A stretch of DNA of 64,000 nt from an uncultured Pelagibacteraceae bacterium (GCA_902598405.1 CACKBQ010000001.1:1456-65455); one strand, 5' to 3'; counted from the first letter of the stretch, positions 10,502-21,446 are shown. The notes: generated by a model not told the origin, from the sequence alone. Numbers and translations: made by a program.

Positions 10502-12241
10502 ATGAGTAACGACGAACCATTTATAAATACTTTAAGACATGATACTGCCCATGTTTTAGCTATGGCTGTACAGGAGTTGTTTCCTGATACGCAAGTTACG
10601 ATTGGTCCAGTAATTGAAAATGGTTTTTATTATGATTTTGATAGAAAAGAGCCGTTTACCGAAAAAGATCTTGGAACTATTGAAAAGAAAATGAAAGAGA
10701 TTGTTAATCGTGACGAAAAGACTTCATTCAAAGTAATGAGCAGGGAAGATGCGATTAAGCTATTTTCTGATAAGGGAGAGAACTATAAGGTAGAGATTAT
10801 TAAGGACTTACCTGAGAGTGAAGAACTTAAAGTATACTATCACGGTGACTGGTTTGATCTTTGCAAGGGACCTCATCTAGAATCAACAGGTAAAATTGGA
10901 AAAGCATTTAAATTGACTAAAGTAGCAGGTGCTTATTGGCGTGGAGATTCAAACAACCCTATGCTTCAAAGAATTTATGGAACTGCTTGGGAGTCTCAGG
11001 AAGAATTAGATAATCATTTAAACATACTTAAAGAAGCTGAAAAAAGAGACCACAGGAAACTTGGAAGAGAATTAGATTTATTTCATTTTCAAGAGGAAGC
11101 TCAAGGTTCAGTTTTCTGGCATAACAATGGTTGGACTTTGTTTAGGACACTTATTGATTATATGCGTCAGCGACAAGAAGAGGCTGGGTATGAAGAAATT
11201 AATACACCAGATATAATGGATAAGTCCTTATGGGTAAAATCAGGGCATCTCGAAAAATTTGGTGACAATATGTTTACTACTGAACCAAGAGAAGATCGAG
11301 TATATGCTCTGAAGCCAATGAATTGTCCGGGAGGGGTACAAGTTTATAAACAAGGACTTAAAAGTTACAGAGATCTTCCCTTGAGAGTTGCTGAGTTTGG
11401 AAAAGTTCACAGATATGAGCCATCGGGTGCTCTTCATGGTTTAATGAGAGTCAGGGCATTTACACAAGATGATGCACATATATTTTGTACTGAAGACCAA
11501 ATTACCGAAGAAAGCAAAAAGGTATGCGATCTAGTTTTAAGTATTTATAAAGATTTCGGATTTGAAAATGTATCAATTAAATTTTCTGACCGTCCTGAAA
11601 AAAGAGTCGGCAATGATGATGTATGGGACAAATCTGAGGCTGCTCTTCGTGAGGCAATGGAAGCTACAGGGTTAGAATATACTTTAAATCCAGGTGAAGG
11701 AGCATTTTATGGTCCGAAACTAGAATTTATTCTCAAAGATGCAATTGGAAGAGAATGGCAGTGTGGAACGTTGCAAGTTGATCTAAATTTACCTGAAAGA
11801 CTTGATGCCACTTATGTAGGCGAAGACGGTTTAAAGCACAATCCGGTTATGTTACACAGAGCATTATTTGGATCTTTAGAGCGTTTTATTGGAATTTTAA
11901 TAGAGCATTACGCAGGTAATTTGCCAATTTGGTTATCACCAGTTCAGGCTGTGGTAGCGCCGATTACTTCTGACATAAACGAATATGCAGAGAGTGTTTT
12001 TTCATCTCTTAAAAATAATGGTATTAGAGTTGAAAAGGACTTAAGAAATGAGAAGATAAGCTATAAAATTAGAGAAAACTCTCTAAAAAAAATACCTTAT
12101 CAATTAATCCTAGGTAAGAATGAAATGGAAGACAATACTGTAACATTGAGGGAGTTTGGTAATGACAAGCAAGAAAAAATTAAATTTGAAAAATTAAATG
12201 ATTTTTTTCAAAAAAAATGTATGATGCCGTCTCATCAATAG
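10502..12241 (+). CDS. thrS: threonyl-tRNA synthetase lacking the N-terminal TGS domain
   Basis: It is collinear with E. coli ThrRS from about residue 66 onward ([51 protein letters not shown]). The anticodon-binding domain is present. Confidence 0.95.
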   Translation: MSNDEPFINTLRHDTAHVLAMAVQELFPDTQVTIGPVIENGFYYDFDRKEPFTEKDLGTIEKKMKEIVNRDEKTSFKVMSREDAIKLFSDKGENYKVEIIKDLPESEELKVYYHGDWFDLCKGPHLESTGKIGKAFKLTKVAGAYWRGDSNNPMLQRIYGTAWESQEELDNHLNILKEAEKRDHRKLGRELDLFHFQEEAQGSVFWHNNGWTLFRTLIDYMRQRQEEAGYEEINTPDIMDKSLWVKSGHLEKFGDNMFTTEPREDRVYALKPMNCPGGVQVYKQGLKSYRDLPLRVAEFGKVHRYEPSGALHGLMRVRAFTQDDAHIFCTEDQITEESKKVCDLVLSIYKDFGFENVSIKFSDRPEKRVGNDDVWDKSEAALREAMEATGLEYTLNPGEGAFYGPKLEFILKDAIGREWQCGTLQVDLNLPERLDATYVGEDGLKHNPVMLHRALFGSLERFIGILIEHYAGNLPIWLSPVQAVVAPITSDINEYAESVFSSLKNNGIRVEKDLRNEKISYKIRENSLKKIPYQLILGKNEMEDNTVTLREFGNDKQEKIKFEKLNDFFQKKCMMPSHQ

Positions 12242-12256
12242 ACAAAGGAGATTAAA

Positions 12257-12805
12257 ATAGCACTTCAAAGAAAAAATAATAGACCCCAGCTATCTACTAA
12301 AAGTCCAAAGTTTCGTATAAACGAATTTATAACTTCTTCCACTGTAAGATTAATTGATGAAAAAGGTAACAACTTAGGGGTTGTTAATACTGATGAGGCG
12401 ATGCGAAAAGCTTCAGATGCAGGCCTTGATTTAGTTGAAGTATCACCACAAGTTGACCCCCCTGTGTGCAAAATTCTTGATTTTGGTAAATTTAAATATG
12501 AGGCTCAAAAAAAAGCTAGTACCTCCAAGAAAAAACAAAAAGAAATTACAATTAAAGAAATTAAGATGAGACCGGGAATTGATGTTCACGATTACGACTT
12601 CAAGGTAAAGGCTGCTCAAAAATTTATCGCCGCAGGCGATAAAGTAAAATTTACTATCCGATTTAAAGGTAGAGAGTTCGAACATCATGATATTGCTGAA
12701 AATTTGATGGAAAGAATTCGAGAAACAATGGGTACGACAAGTAAAATCGAGCAAGAGCCAAAACTTGAAGGTCGCCAATTTACCATGATTTTCACTGCAA
12801 ATTAG
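12257..12805 (+). CDS. infC: translation initiation factor IF-3, non-AUG start (ATA 12257 or ATT 12251)
   Basis: The IF-3 N-domain (FRINEFITSSTVRLIDEKGNNLGVVNTDEA) is encoded upstream of the tracked Met at 12401. The frame is open back to the thrS stop. AAGGAG at 12245-12250 lies 6 nt before ATA 12257. No ATG, GTG or TTG is available. Confidence 0.9.
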   Translation: MALQRKNNRPQLSTKSPKFRINEFITSSTVRLIDEKGNNLGVVNTDEAMRKASDAGLDLVEVSPQVDPPVCKILDFGKFKYEAQKKASTSKKKQKEITIKEIKMRPGIDVHDYDFKVKAAQKFIAAGDKVKFTIRFKGREFEHHDIAENLMERIRETMGTTSKIEQEPKLEGRQFTMIFTAN

Positions 12806-12883
12806 CAGCAGTAGTTAATTCTTATCATTAATAAAAAACTTTTGATTTTTTCTTACCTAGGGTCTATAAACCGTTCATCCAAT

Positions 12884-13081
12884 ATGAGTAAATTAAAAAC
12901 AAAAAAAGGCGCTAATAAGAGATTTAGGCTTACAGCTTCAGGTAAAGTTAAATCATATCAAAGTGGAAAAAGACACGGTATGATTAAAAGAACGAATAAT
13001 CAGATAAGAAATCAAAGAGGTTCTACAATTTTATCTGACCAAGATGCCCGAATAGTTAAAAAGTTTTTACCCTACGCTTAA
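12884..13081 (+). CDS. rpmI: 50S ribosomal protein L35
   Basis: [23 protein letters not shown] is the canonical L35 N-terminus. The tracked TTG start at 12842 adds 14 implausible residues. Confidence 0.9.
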   Translation: MSKLKTKKGANKRFRLTASGKVKSYQSGKRHGMIKRTNNQIRNQRGSTILSDQDARIVKKFLPYA

Positions 13082-13097
13082 TTAATAGGAAAATATA

Positions 13098-13454
13098 ATG
13101 GCAAGAGTTAAAAGAGGAGTTACTGCACACGCAAGACATAAAAAAGTAATTAAGCAAGCCAAAGGATATAGAGGCAGAAGAAAGAATACTTTTAAAGTCG
13201 CAAAGCAAGCTGTAGAAAAATCAATGCAGTATGCCTATCGTGATCGAAGAGTAAAAAAAAGAGAGTTTAGATCACTTTGGACCCAAAGGATAAATGCTGG
13301 AGCTAGATTACATGGAATTTCTTATTCAGTTTTCATGAATGGTCTAAAAAAATTAAACATCGAATTAGATCGTAAAATTCTAGCTGATCTTGCTATGAAT
13401 GAACCTACTTCTTTTGAGCATTTAGCAAAACAGGTTCAGTCCTCAGCCAAATAA
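13098..13454 (+). CDS. rplT: 50S ribosomal protein L20
   Basis: It begins [28 protein letters not shown], the canonical L20 sequence. Confidence 0.97.
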   Translation: MARVKRGVTAHARHKKVIKQAKGYRGRRKNTFKVAKQAVEKSMQYAYRDRRVKKREFRSLWTQRINAGARLHGISYSVFMNGLKKLNIELDRKILADLAMNEPTSFEHLAKQVQSSAK

Positions 13455-13525
13455 TTCAGTTGGCATCATATTCTCAAGCATATTATTATTACAGAAAAAA
13501 CTAAATCTGATATTGTTGTTCTACG

Positions 13526-14596
13526 ATGAAAGATTTTAGAGAGCTAGAAACTGAAATTAAAAAAGCTTCAGATAAATTTACAAATATCGAAAGCATAAAT
13601 GAATTTAGGATAAAATTTCTTGGTAAGAAAGGTATTATTTCTCTCGAGATGAAAGAGCTAGCCAGTCTTTCTGGAGATGAAAGAAAGCAGCATGCTGAAA
13701 AATTAAATAAAATTAAAGACACTGTTCTTGAAATAATAGCTTCAAAGACTGAAGAGTTAAATAGCGAGGAATTAGAAAAAAAACTTAACTCTGAAACTTT
13801 AGATATCACTCTATCTACTTCAAAGTCATACGGAACTATTCACCCAATCAGTCAGGTTATAGAGGAAGTTATAACTATATTTGGCGACTTAGATTTTTTT
13901 GTTGCTGAAGGACCTGAAGTTGAAACTGATTACAATAATTTTACTGCTTTAAATACTTCTGAACACCACCCTGCACGACAAATGCATGATACTTTTTATG
14001 TTGAAACTGAGACTGATGGAATGCCAAATGTTCTGCGAACTCATACCTCGCCAGTTCAAATAAGAAGTATGTTAAAGCAAAAACCACCAATTCGATTAAT
14101 TGCTCCTGGAAAAACGTTTAGATGTGATAATGATCAAACGCACTCTCCTATGTTCCATCAAGTTGAGGGTTTAGTAATAGATCAAGAAAGCAACATGAGC
14201 CACCTCAAAGGATGTTTAGAAATATTCCTCAAGACTTTTTTTGAGACTGATAAATTAAATATGAGATTTCGACCTAGTCATTTCCCCTTTACTGAACCAT
14301 CTGCAGAAGTTGATATTGGATACACTAAGAAAGGAAATCAATTAATAATTGGAGAGGGTGAGGATTGGTTAGAAATTTTAGGGTGTGGAATGGTTCATCC
14401 AAACGTGCTTGAAAATGTAAATATCAATTCAAATGAATATCAAGGTTATGCATTTGGTATGGGTATAGAGAGGCTTGCAATGCTCAAATACGGAATTAGT
14501 GATTTAAGAACTTTCTTTGATAGTGATCTTAGATGGAATAAGCATTATGGCTTTTCACCTTTGAACATACCTTCGATCATAGGAGACTTAAGCTAG
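13526..14596 (+). CDS. pheS: phenylalanyl-tRNA synthetase alpha subunit
   Basis: It has class II motifs (FRCD..., FPFTEPSAEVD, GMGIERLAML). Confidence 0.97.
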   Translation: MKDFRELETEIKKASDKFTNIESINEFRIKFLGKKGIISLEMKELASLSGDERKQHAEKLNKIKDTVLEIIASKTEELNSEELEKKLNSETLDITLSTSKSYGTIHPISQVIEEVITIFGDLDFFVAEGPEVETDYNNFTALNTSEHHPARQMHDTFYVETETDGMPNVLRTHTSPVQIRSMLKQKPPIRLIAPGKTFRCDNDQTHSPMFHQVEGLVIDQESNMSHLKGCLEIFLKTFFETDKLNMRFRPSHFPFTEPSAEVDIGYTKKGNQLIIGEGEDWLEILGCGMVHPNVLENVNINSNEYQGYAFGMGIERLAMLKYGISDLRTFFDSDLRWNKHYGFSPLNIPSIIGDLS

Positions 14597-16984
14597 ATGA
14601 GATTTAGTTATTCGTGGTTAACTGAGCATCTTAAGACAAATGCTCATTTCGAAGAAATTGAAAAGAAACTCACTTCAATCGGTCTTGAAGTTGAAGATAT
14701 TCAAGACACGGGAAAAGCATATCAGGATTTTATTGTTGGACAGGTGCTTGAAGAAAAAAAACACCCAAATGCAGATAAATTAAAACTATGCAAAGTTGAC
14801 ATTGGCAAGGAAAAAGTTGATGTAGTTTGTGGTGCGCCAAATGTAGAGAAAGGCATGAAGGTGGTTTATGCGCCAGTTGGTTCAACTATTCCGGTTAATC
14901 AAATGAAAATTAAAGCTGCCAAGATTAGAGGAGTAGAATCCTATGGAATGATGTGTTCAGAATATGAACTTGGTATTTCAAATGAGCATGATGGAATAAT
15001 TCGACTTGAGGAAAAAGAAACTATTGGAAGATCTTTTTCAGAAATTTATGGCCTTAATGACATTGTAATAGAAATTGGTATCACTCCAAATCGACAAGAT
15101 TGTCTTGGTGTAAAAGGTATAGCTCGAGATCTTGCTTCAGCTGGCATGGGGGAATTGTTAGAGAGAAAAATATCTAGAGAAAAAGGCTCCTTTAAATCAC
15201 CAATTAAAATTGAAATAAAAGATAATAAAATATGCTCAGCCTTTGCTGGAAGATATTTTAGAAATGTAAAGAATACTGAAAGCCCGGAATGGCTTAAAAA
15301 TAAACTTAAGTCAATAGGTTTAAGGCCAATATCTGCGCTGGTAGATATAACTAATTTTGTAATGTATGACGAGAACCGGCCACTTCACGTTTACGATGCA
15401 GACAAAATAGATGGCAAAATTATAGTACGCTCAGCAAATGATGGAGAAAGTTTCCTAGCGCTAGATGAAAAAGATTATCACCTAAAAAATGGTATGTGCG
15501 TAATAGCTGATGAAAAAAAAGTACTAGGCTTAGGGGGGATCATGGGAGGCGAAAGTACAGGTTGCAGCACTGAGACAAAGAACGTATTACTTGAGTCAGC
15601 CTTATTTGATGAGATTAATACAGCCAAGACGGGAAGAAACTTGTCAATTCTAAGTGATGCAAGATATCGTTTTGAAAGAGGTATTGATCCAAATTCAACT
15701 TTAAAAGGGATAGACCTTGCAACACAATTAATTCTTGAAATATGTGGCGGTGAGTGCAGTGAAGTTGAGTTGGCTGGAAATATAAAAGAAAATAAAAATG
15801 AAGTGGCAACTTCTAGTAGTTATATTTCAAGAAGACTTGGTTTTGAAGTGTCTGACAAAGAATTGATACCAATACTTAGTTCTTTAGGAATTGAAACGAG
15901 CCAAACAGGTGATGTTATTAAATGTTTAATACCTTCTTGGAGACAAGACATTCAAGGAGAAGCTGACATAAGTGAAGAAGTTATTCGTATTAAAGGATAT
16001 GAAAATATTCCGACAAGTAACATTAGACTAAAAAGTAAAATTAATAAAAATATCTTAAATTTCGCACAAAAGAAGTTGATGAAAGCTAGACACTTCATTG
16101 CTTCAATTGAATATGATGAATTAGTAACATTTTCATTCACAGACTCAAAAAATTGTGAAGTTTTTGGCAATATAAATAAATTAAAAATTGTAAATCCCAT
16201 ATCAGAGGATCTGGATATATTAAGACCTAATCTTCTACCTAATCTTCTTCAAGCAATTAAAAAAAACAAGAATAGAAACTTTGACTCATTCTCGATCTTT
16301 GAGATAGGTAGTCAGTACAGATCAACATCTCCCGAGGATCAATTGAACGTTGCATGTGGAATTAAATCTGGAATTAAGACAGAAAAGTCTTGGAAGAATA
16401 TACAGACGGAATTTGATATATATGACGTTAAACAGGATTTAACTTCCTTAATTGACTATTTAATGCCAGGTAACAAAAAAATATCTGTCTCTAATGACTG
16501 TCCTTCCTGGTATCATCCTGGAAGATCTGGTTCGATAAAAATTAATAATTCGGTAATTGCTGGATATTTTGGAGAGTTGCATCCAAGAGTTGCAAGTCAA
16601 TTTAAGATTAAAAATAAAATAAATATATTTGAGTTATACCTTGATGAACTGCCAAATACAGAAAAGAAAACTACCAACAAGCCTGTACTTAACTTAAGTG
16701 ATTTTCAGATTGTCACAAGAGACTTTGCCTTTGTTATTGATAAAAAAGTAAAAAGCGAAGAAGTTGTTACTTCAGCCTCTAAGGTAGATAAGGAGTTAAT
16801 TAGAAATGTTGAAATCTTTGATTTATTTGAAGATGATAGTCTGGGAAAAGATAAAAAGTCTATTGCTATTAAGGTTACATTACAATCTAACGAAAAAACT
16901 CTTGCCGAAAATGACATTTCTGAAATAAGTTCAAAAATAATTGAATCAGTGGAAAAGTCTACTTCCGGAACTGTTAGATCCTAA
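14597..16984 (+). CDS. pheT: phenylalanyl-tRNA synthetase beta subunit
   Basis: It starts MRFSYSWL...HPNADKL (tRNA-binding domain) and carries B3/4, B5 and FDX-ACB regions. It abuts pheS. Confidence 0.97.
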   Translation: MRFSYSWLTEHLKTNAHFEEIEKKLTSIGLEVEDIQDTGKAYQDFIVGQVLEEKKHPNADKLKLCKVDIGKEKVDVVCGAPNVEKGMKVVYAPVGSTIPVNQMKIKAAKIRGVESYGMMCSEYELGISNEHDGIIRLEEKETIGRSFSEIYGLNDIVIEIGITPNRQDCLGVKGIARDLASAGMGELLERKISREKGSFKSPIKIEIKDNKICSAFAGRYFRNVKNTESPEWLKNKLKSIGLRPISALVDITNFVMYDENRPLHVYDADKIDGKIIVRSANDGESFLALDEKDYHLKNGMCVIADEKKVLGLGGIMGGESTGCSTETKNVLLESALFDEINTAKTGRNLSILSDARYRFERGIDPNSTLKGIDLATQLILEICGGECSEVELAGNIKENKNEVATSSSYISRRLGFEVSDKELIPILSSLGIETSQTGDVIKCLIPSWRQDIQGEADISEEVIRIKGYENIPTSNIRLKSKINKNILNFAQKKLMKARHFIASIEYDELVTFSFTDSKNCEVFGNINKLKIVNPISEDLDILRPNLLPNLLQAIKKNKNRNFDSFSIFEIGSQYRSTSPEDQLNVACGIKSGIKTEKSWKNIQTEFDIYDVKQDLTSLIDYLMPGNKKISVSNDCPSWYHPGRSGSIKINNSVIAGYFGELHPRVASQFKIKNKINIFELYLDELPNTEKKTTNKPVLNLSDFQIVTRDFAFVIDKKVKSEEVVTSASKVDKELIRNVEIFDLFEDDSLGKDKKSIAIKVTLQSNEKTLAENDISEISSKIIESVEKSTSGTVRS

Positions 16985-16996
16985 ATTAAAAATATT

Positions 16997-18796
16997 ATGA
17001 CTGGCACTAAAAACATAAGAAATTTTTCTATTATCGCTCATATTGATCATGGAAAATCCACTTTAGCTGACAGATTGATACAATTTTGTGGAGGGCTTTC
17101 TGAAAGAGAAATGAAAGCACAGGTGCTTGACTCTATGGATATTGAAAGAGAACGTGGAATAACAATCAAGGCTCAAACTGTACAATTAAAATACAAAGCA
17201 AAAAATGATGAAACGTACACACTTAATATTATTGATACGCCTGGCCATGTTGACTTCAGTTATGAAGTTAACAGATCATTATCTGCTTGTGAGGGATCGC
17301 TATTGGTTGTTGATGCAAGTCAGGGCGTTGAAGCTCAAACATTAGCTAATTTATATCAAGCAGTAGAAAATGATCATGTAATTATACCTGTTTTAAATAA
17401 AATAGATTTACCAGCAGCGGATCCCGAGAGAGTAAAAAAACAGATAGAAGATATTTTAGGTATTGATACCAGTAATGTAATTGAAATTTCTGCTAAATCA
17501 GGCCTCGGCATTGAAGAAGTTTTAGAAAATATTGTCAACGAATTACCATCTCCTGTAGGTGATGAAAGTAAACAATTAAAAGCAATGCTAGTAGATAGTT
17601 GGTATGATGCCTACCTGGGTGTTGTGATATTGGTTCGTGTGATAGATGGAGTTCTAAAAAAGGGTATGGAGGTTCGTTTTCATCAAACTAATACAAAACA
17701 TTTAATAGAGAGAATTGGTTGTTTTACCCCAAAAATGGTAGATAACGAGCTTATCAATGCTGGTGAATTAGGTTTTATAACAGCTGCAATTAAAGAAGTA
17801 GCTCAAACTAAGGTTGGGGATACAATACTACTAGCTAACGATAAACAAACAGAGCCTTTACCTGGCTTCAAGCCAAGTCAGCCGGTAGTATTTTGTGGAT
17901 TATTTCCAACAAATGCTGCTGATTTTAAATTCTTAAAAGATGCATTAGCCAAGTTAAAGCTTAACGACTCTAGTTTTCATTTCGAACAAGAAACCTCAGC
18001 GGCTCTTGGAATGGGTTTTAGATGTGGTTTTCTTGGATTATTACATTTAGAAATTATTGTTGAGAGACTTGATAGAGAGTTCAATTTAGATCTTATAACT
18101 ACAGCTCCAAGTGTTATTTATAATTTAGTATTAAATGATGGAAGCTCACTTGAATTGCATAACCCAGCAGATATGCCTGAGGTTATGAAAATTAAAAGTA
18201 TTTCTGAACCTTGGATTAAAGCAACAATTATTTGTCCTGATGAATATTTAGGTAGCATTATATCTCTCTGTGAAGATAAGAGAGGAATGCAAACAGAATT
18301 ATCTTATTCTGGATCAAGAGTAATTTTAAATTATAAGTTACCTTTAAATGAAATTGTTTTTGATTTTTATGATCGCTTGAAGTCAATTTCTAGTGGATAT
18401 GCAAGTTTTGATTATGAAATTGATGAGTATATTGAAAGTGATTTGGTAAGACTTAGTATATTAGTAAATGATGAGTCAGTAGATGCTCTGTCAATTATTG
18501 TTCACAGAAGTTTTTCTGAAAAAAAAGGTCGCGCTGTTTGTGAAAAACTAAAAGAATTAATTCCTCGTCATCAATTCCATATTCCAATTCAAGCAGCAAT
18601 TGGCGGAAAAATTATAGCCCGCGAAACTGTCAGAGGATATCGAAAAAATGTTATTGAGAGAATACATGGTGGCGGAGCTACTGATAGAAAAAGAAAATTA
18701 CTTGATAAGCAGAAAAAAGGAAAACAGAGACTTAGAACTTACGGTAAGGTCGATATCCCACAAGAAGCCTTTATCGCTGCTTTAAAAGTTGAATAA
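16997..18796 (+). CDS. lepA: elongation factor 4
   Basis: It has the GTPase motifs AHIDHGKST and DTPGH, NKID, and the LepA-specific C-terminal domain. Confidence 0.97.
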   Translation: MTGTKNIRNFSIIAHIDHGKSTLADRLIQFCGGLSEREMKAQVLDSMDIERERGITIKAQTVQLKYKAKNDETYTLNIIDTPGHVDFSYEVNRSLSACEGSLLVVDASQGVEAQTLANLYQAVENDHVIIPVLNKIDLPAADPERVKKQIEDILGIDTSNVIEISAKSGLGIEEVLENIVNELPSPVGDESKQLKAMLVDSWYDAYLGVVILVRVIDGVLKKGMEVRFHQTNTKHLIERIGCFTPKMVDNELINAGELGFITAAIKEVAQTKVGDTILLANDKQTEPLPGFKPSQPVVFCGLFPTNAADFKFLKDALAKLKLNDSSFHFEQETSAALGMGFRCGFLGLLHLEIIVERLDREFNLDLITTAPSVIYNLVLNDGSSLELHNPADMPEVMKIKSISEPWIKATIICPDEYLGSIISLCEDKRGMQTELSYSGSRVILNYKLPLNEIVFDFYDRLKSISSGYASFDYEIDEYIESDLVRLSILVNDESVDALSIIVHRSFSEKKGRAVCEKLKELIPRHQFHIPIQAAIGGKIIARETVRGYRKNVIERIHGGGATDRKRKLLDKQKKGKQRLRTYGKVDIPQEAFIAALKVE

Positions 18797-18886
18797 GGAA
18801 AGGTGGCCGAGTGGTTGAAGGCGCACGCTTGGAAAGCGTGTATGCGGGTGACCGTATCGTGGGTTCGAATCCCATCCTTTCCGCCA
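18797..18886 (+). tRNA. tRNA-Ser (anticodon GGA), CCA encoded
   Basis: GGAAAGG...CCTTTCC forms the acceptor stem. The anticodon stem is CACGC/GCGTG with loop TTGGAAA. It has a long variable arm, a GGTTCGAATCC T-loop, and a terminal GCCA. Confidence 0.93.
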
Positions 18887-18926
18887 TTTTAAAGCTATTT
18901 TCATTGAAAAATTTTTCTATAATCTG

Positions 18927-19949
18927 ATGGCTATGAATTTAGATAAATTTGAGAAATATCCACTTACTTATGGACCTACTCCAATTGAGTATCTGCCGCG
19001 TTTGACTGAAGCGATAGGCGCTGATGTTGAGATATATGCAAAGAGAGATGACTGTAATTCAGGTTTGGCTATGGGTGGAAATAAACTAAGAAAACTAGAA
19101 TATATTGTTCCAGATGCTATTGCCTCTGGAGCTGATACATTAGTTTCTATTGGCGGTGTTCAATCTAACCATACTAGAATGGTAGCTGCAACTGCTGCGA
19201 AAATTGGAATGAAGTGTGTTGTTGTTCAAGAAAGTTGGGTTCCTCATGAAGATGCAGTTTACGATCGTGTTGGTAATATTTTAATGACGCGTTTGATGGG
19301 AGCAGATAGCAGGTTAGTACCTGACGGTTTTGATATTGGGATTAGAAAAAGCTGGGAAGACGCAATTCAATCAGTGAAAGATAGGGGTGGTAAGCCTTAT
19401 GCAATTCCAGCCGGGGCATCTGTGCATAAATATGGTGGACTGGGATACGTAGGATTTGCTGAAGAAGTTCGAATGCAAGAAAAAGAATTGTCATTAAAAT
19501 TTGATTACATCATTGTGTGTGTAGTTACTGGCTCAACTCAGGCAGGGATGATCGTTGGGTTCGCAGAGGATGACCGTGCACACAGAGTTATAGGTATTGA
19601 TGGATCGGGTACACCAGATAAATTAGCAAAGCAAGTGAGAGAAATCGTAGATAATACAGCTGATTTAGTTGAACTAGGAAGAATAATTAGAGACGATGAA
19701 ATAATAATTATTCCTGACTATGCATATCCAGCATATGGAGTTCCGAGTGAAGAAACTAATGAGGCTATTCGTATGGCAGCAAAAACTGAGGCCATGATTA
19801 CTGATCCTGTTTATGAGGGTAAATCTATGCAAGGAATGATTGATTTAGCCAGGAAAGGTTACTTTAAAAAAGGATCTAGAATACTCTATGCTCATCTTGG
19901 TGGAGTTCCAGCTATTAATGGCTACTCATATACGTACCGTAATGGATAA
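18927..19949 (+). CDS. acdS: 1-aminocyclopropane-1-carboxylate deaminase
   Basis: It is near-collinear with Pseudomonas AcdS as I recall it ([44 protein letters not shown]). It carries the Glu (VYEGKS) and Leu (AHLGG) residues that distinguish ACC deaminases from D-cysteine desulfhydrases. Confidence 0.85.
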   Translation: MAMNLDKFEKYPLTYGPTPIEYLPRLTEAIGADVEIYAKRDDCNSGLAMGGNKLRKLEYIVPDAIASGADTLVSIGGVQSNHTRMVAATAAKIGMKCVVVQESWVPHEDAVYDRVGNILMTRLMGADSRLVPDGFDIGIRKSWEDAIQSVKDRGGKPYAIPAGASVHKYGGLGYVGFAEEVRMQEKELSLKFDYIIVCVVTGSTQAGMIVGFAEDDRAHRVIGIDGSGTPDKLAKQVREIVDNTADLVELGRIIRDDEIIIIPDYAYPAYGVPSEETNEAIRMAAKTEAMITDPVYEGKSMQGMIDLARKGYFKKGSRILYAHLGGVPAINGYSYTYRNG

Positions 19950-19955
19950 ATATAT

Positions 19956-20120
19956 TTAAAGCCCACCTGTAATTAGACCTACCATTCCAAGTACAAGCCA
20001 TAAGACAAGCATTGTTCTCTCATTAAATGCCCTTGTGCTTTCAATTTTATTTACCTGTTTATAAATTACCATGGATAAAAGCATCACTAAAACCAGTAGG
20101 TATACAATTGTAAATATCAT
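19956..20120 (-). CDS. small hypothetical membrane protein (54 aa, 2 TM)
   Basis: This ORF is not in the track. My translation is MIFTIVYLLVLVMLLSMVIYKQVNKIESTRAFNERTMLVLWLVLGMVGLITGGL*. It has two hydrophobic helices and fills an otherwise empty 217-nt gap. Confidence 0.4.
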   Translation of the reverse strand: MIFTIVYLLVLVMLLSMVIYKQVNKIESTRAFNERTMLVLWLVLGMVGLITGGL

Positions 20121-20166
20121 GTGATTTATAGTATCAATTCGACGTTGGAAGTATATAAATTAAAGC

Positions 20167-21369
20167 ATGCAGTTATTCAGACACTCTTATTCAACATTAG
20201 TAATTATTGGAGGTTGCATACTCTTGCTTGTCTCATTTGGTATAAGACATTCTTCTGGACTTTATTTAATCCCAATTTCTGAGCATATCCAAACTGGAAG
20301 AGAAGTATTTGGTTTTGCTATTGCAATACAATTTCTAATGATTGGAATTGGATCGCCAATTTTTGGCGCTATAGCCGATAAATATAGCTCATCGGTTGCT
20401 GGCCTCTTAGGAGTAATTTTCTTTTTAATCGGACTTTACTTGATGTCACTTGTTGAAGGATCAATCCTTCTAATCATTTCACAAATAATTTTTGGATTTG
20501 GATGCGCTGGGTGTGGTACAGCTGTAATATTAGGGGCTGTTGGAAAAGCTGTAACAGGTAAATATCAAACATTATCTTTAGGTGTTGTAATGGCAGCAGG
20601 TTCGCTGGGTCAATTTTTAATTGTTCCTCTTACAGGCTTCTTAATTGAAATGAGTGATTGGCAAAGATCAATCTTATATCTTTGTTTTATTTCGCTTATC
20701 ATGATTTTATTTTCACTAGTATTAACAAAGCATTCATCCAAAAGTGGAATAAATGATGAAGTTAATAGATCTTTGGTATCTGTTTTAAATGAAGCCTTTG
20801 CAAATAAGAGCTATGTCTTACTGACAATTGGTTTTTTTGTTTGTGGTTTTCATATTTCTTTTATAGCAACTCATCTACCCGCATACCTTGATGATTTATC
20901 TTTACCGATGTGGATCGGTTCATGGTCCTTAGCATTAATTGGTTTATTTAATGTAATAGGCACACTAGTTTTTGGTCATTTAGGGGACCTAAGATCTAAA
21001 AAAAATCTATTGGTAATATTGTATACTTTACGTGCCTTACTGTTTTTAATTTTTATCTTTTTGCCAAAAACTGAAATTACAGTTTTAATTTTTGCGTCAC
21101 TTCTTGGAATTCTATGGCTATCCACAGTGCCACTTACCAGTGGAATTATATCCGTTATTTTTGGATCCAAATATATGTCTATGCTGTACGGTTTTACTTT
21201 CTTATCTCACCAAGTCGGTTCGTTTGTTGGTTCATGGTTTGGAGGCAGGTTTTATGATTATTATGGTTCTTATGATATTATGTGGTGGGCTTGTGTTATT
21301 TTAGGGTTTGCCTCTGCAGTAGTTCATTTTCCTATTAAAGAAACACCACTAGTCAAAATGGCAAATTAA
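20167..21369 (+). CDS. MFS transporter
   Basis: It has 12 predicted TM segments, 400 aa, and typical MFS loop spacing. The substrate is unknown. Confidence 0.8.
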   Translation: MQLFRHSYSTLVIIGGCILLLVSFGIRHSSGLYLIPISEHIQTGREVFGFAIAIQFLMIGIGSPIFGAIADKYSSSVAGLLGVIFFLIGLYLMSLVEGSILLIISQIIFGFGCAGCGTAVILGAVGKAVTGKYQTLSLGVVMAAGSLGQFLIVPLTGFLIEMSDWQRSILYLCFISLIMILFSLVLTKHSSKSGINDEVNRSLVSVLNEAFANKSYVLLTIGFFVCGFHISFIATHLPAYLDDLSLPMWIGSWSLALIGLFNVIGTLVFGHLGDLRSKKNLLVILYTLRALLFLIFIFLPKTEITVLIFASLLGILWLSTVPLTSGIISVIFGSKYMSMLYGFTFLSHQVGSFVGSWFGGRFYDYYGSYDIMWWACVILGFASAVVHFPIKETPLVKMAN

Positions 21370-21446
21370 ATCAATAGTTTAATTGTTTGAACAAATATAA
21401 AAGAATCTACATTTGAAATGTTTTTTTAGATAACTAATTAAATATT

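Noticed and set aside
12265-12471. 68-aa minus-strand ORF between thrS and the tracked infC Met.
   Set aside because: The plus strand here encodes the conserved IF-3 N-terminal domain in frame with infC, so the apparent gap is an artefact of infC's non-AUG start.
12842-12883. N-terminal extensions suggested by the ORF track for rpmI (12842), the wHTH-like gene (to 31519), the TPR gene (32649), cycM (to 38407) and rnpA (to 54340).
   Set aside because: The extensions add non-conserved residues ahead of canonical N-termini or signal peptides. For rnpA the extension overlaps rpmH. Internal ATGs give the expected protein starts.
21409-21427. Possible terminator after the MFS gene (ACATTTGAAATGT followed by a T-run).
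   Set aside because: Only about 4 A/U-rich base pairs can form once a viable loop is allowed, which is too weak to call.
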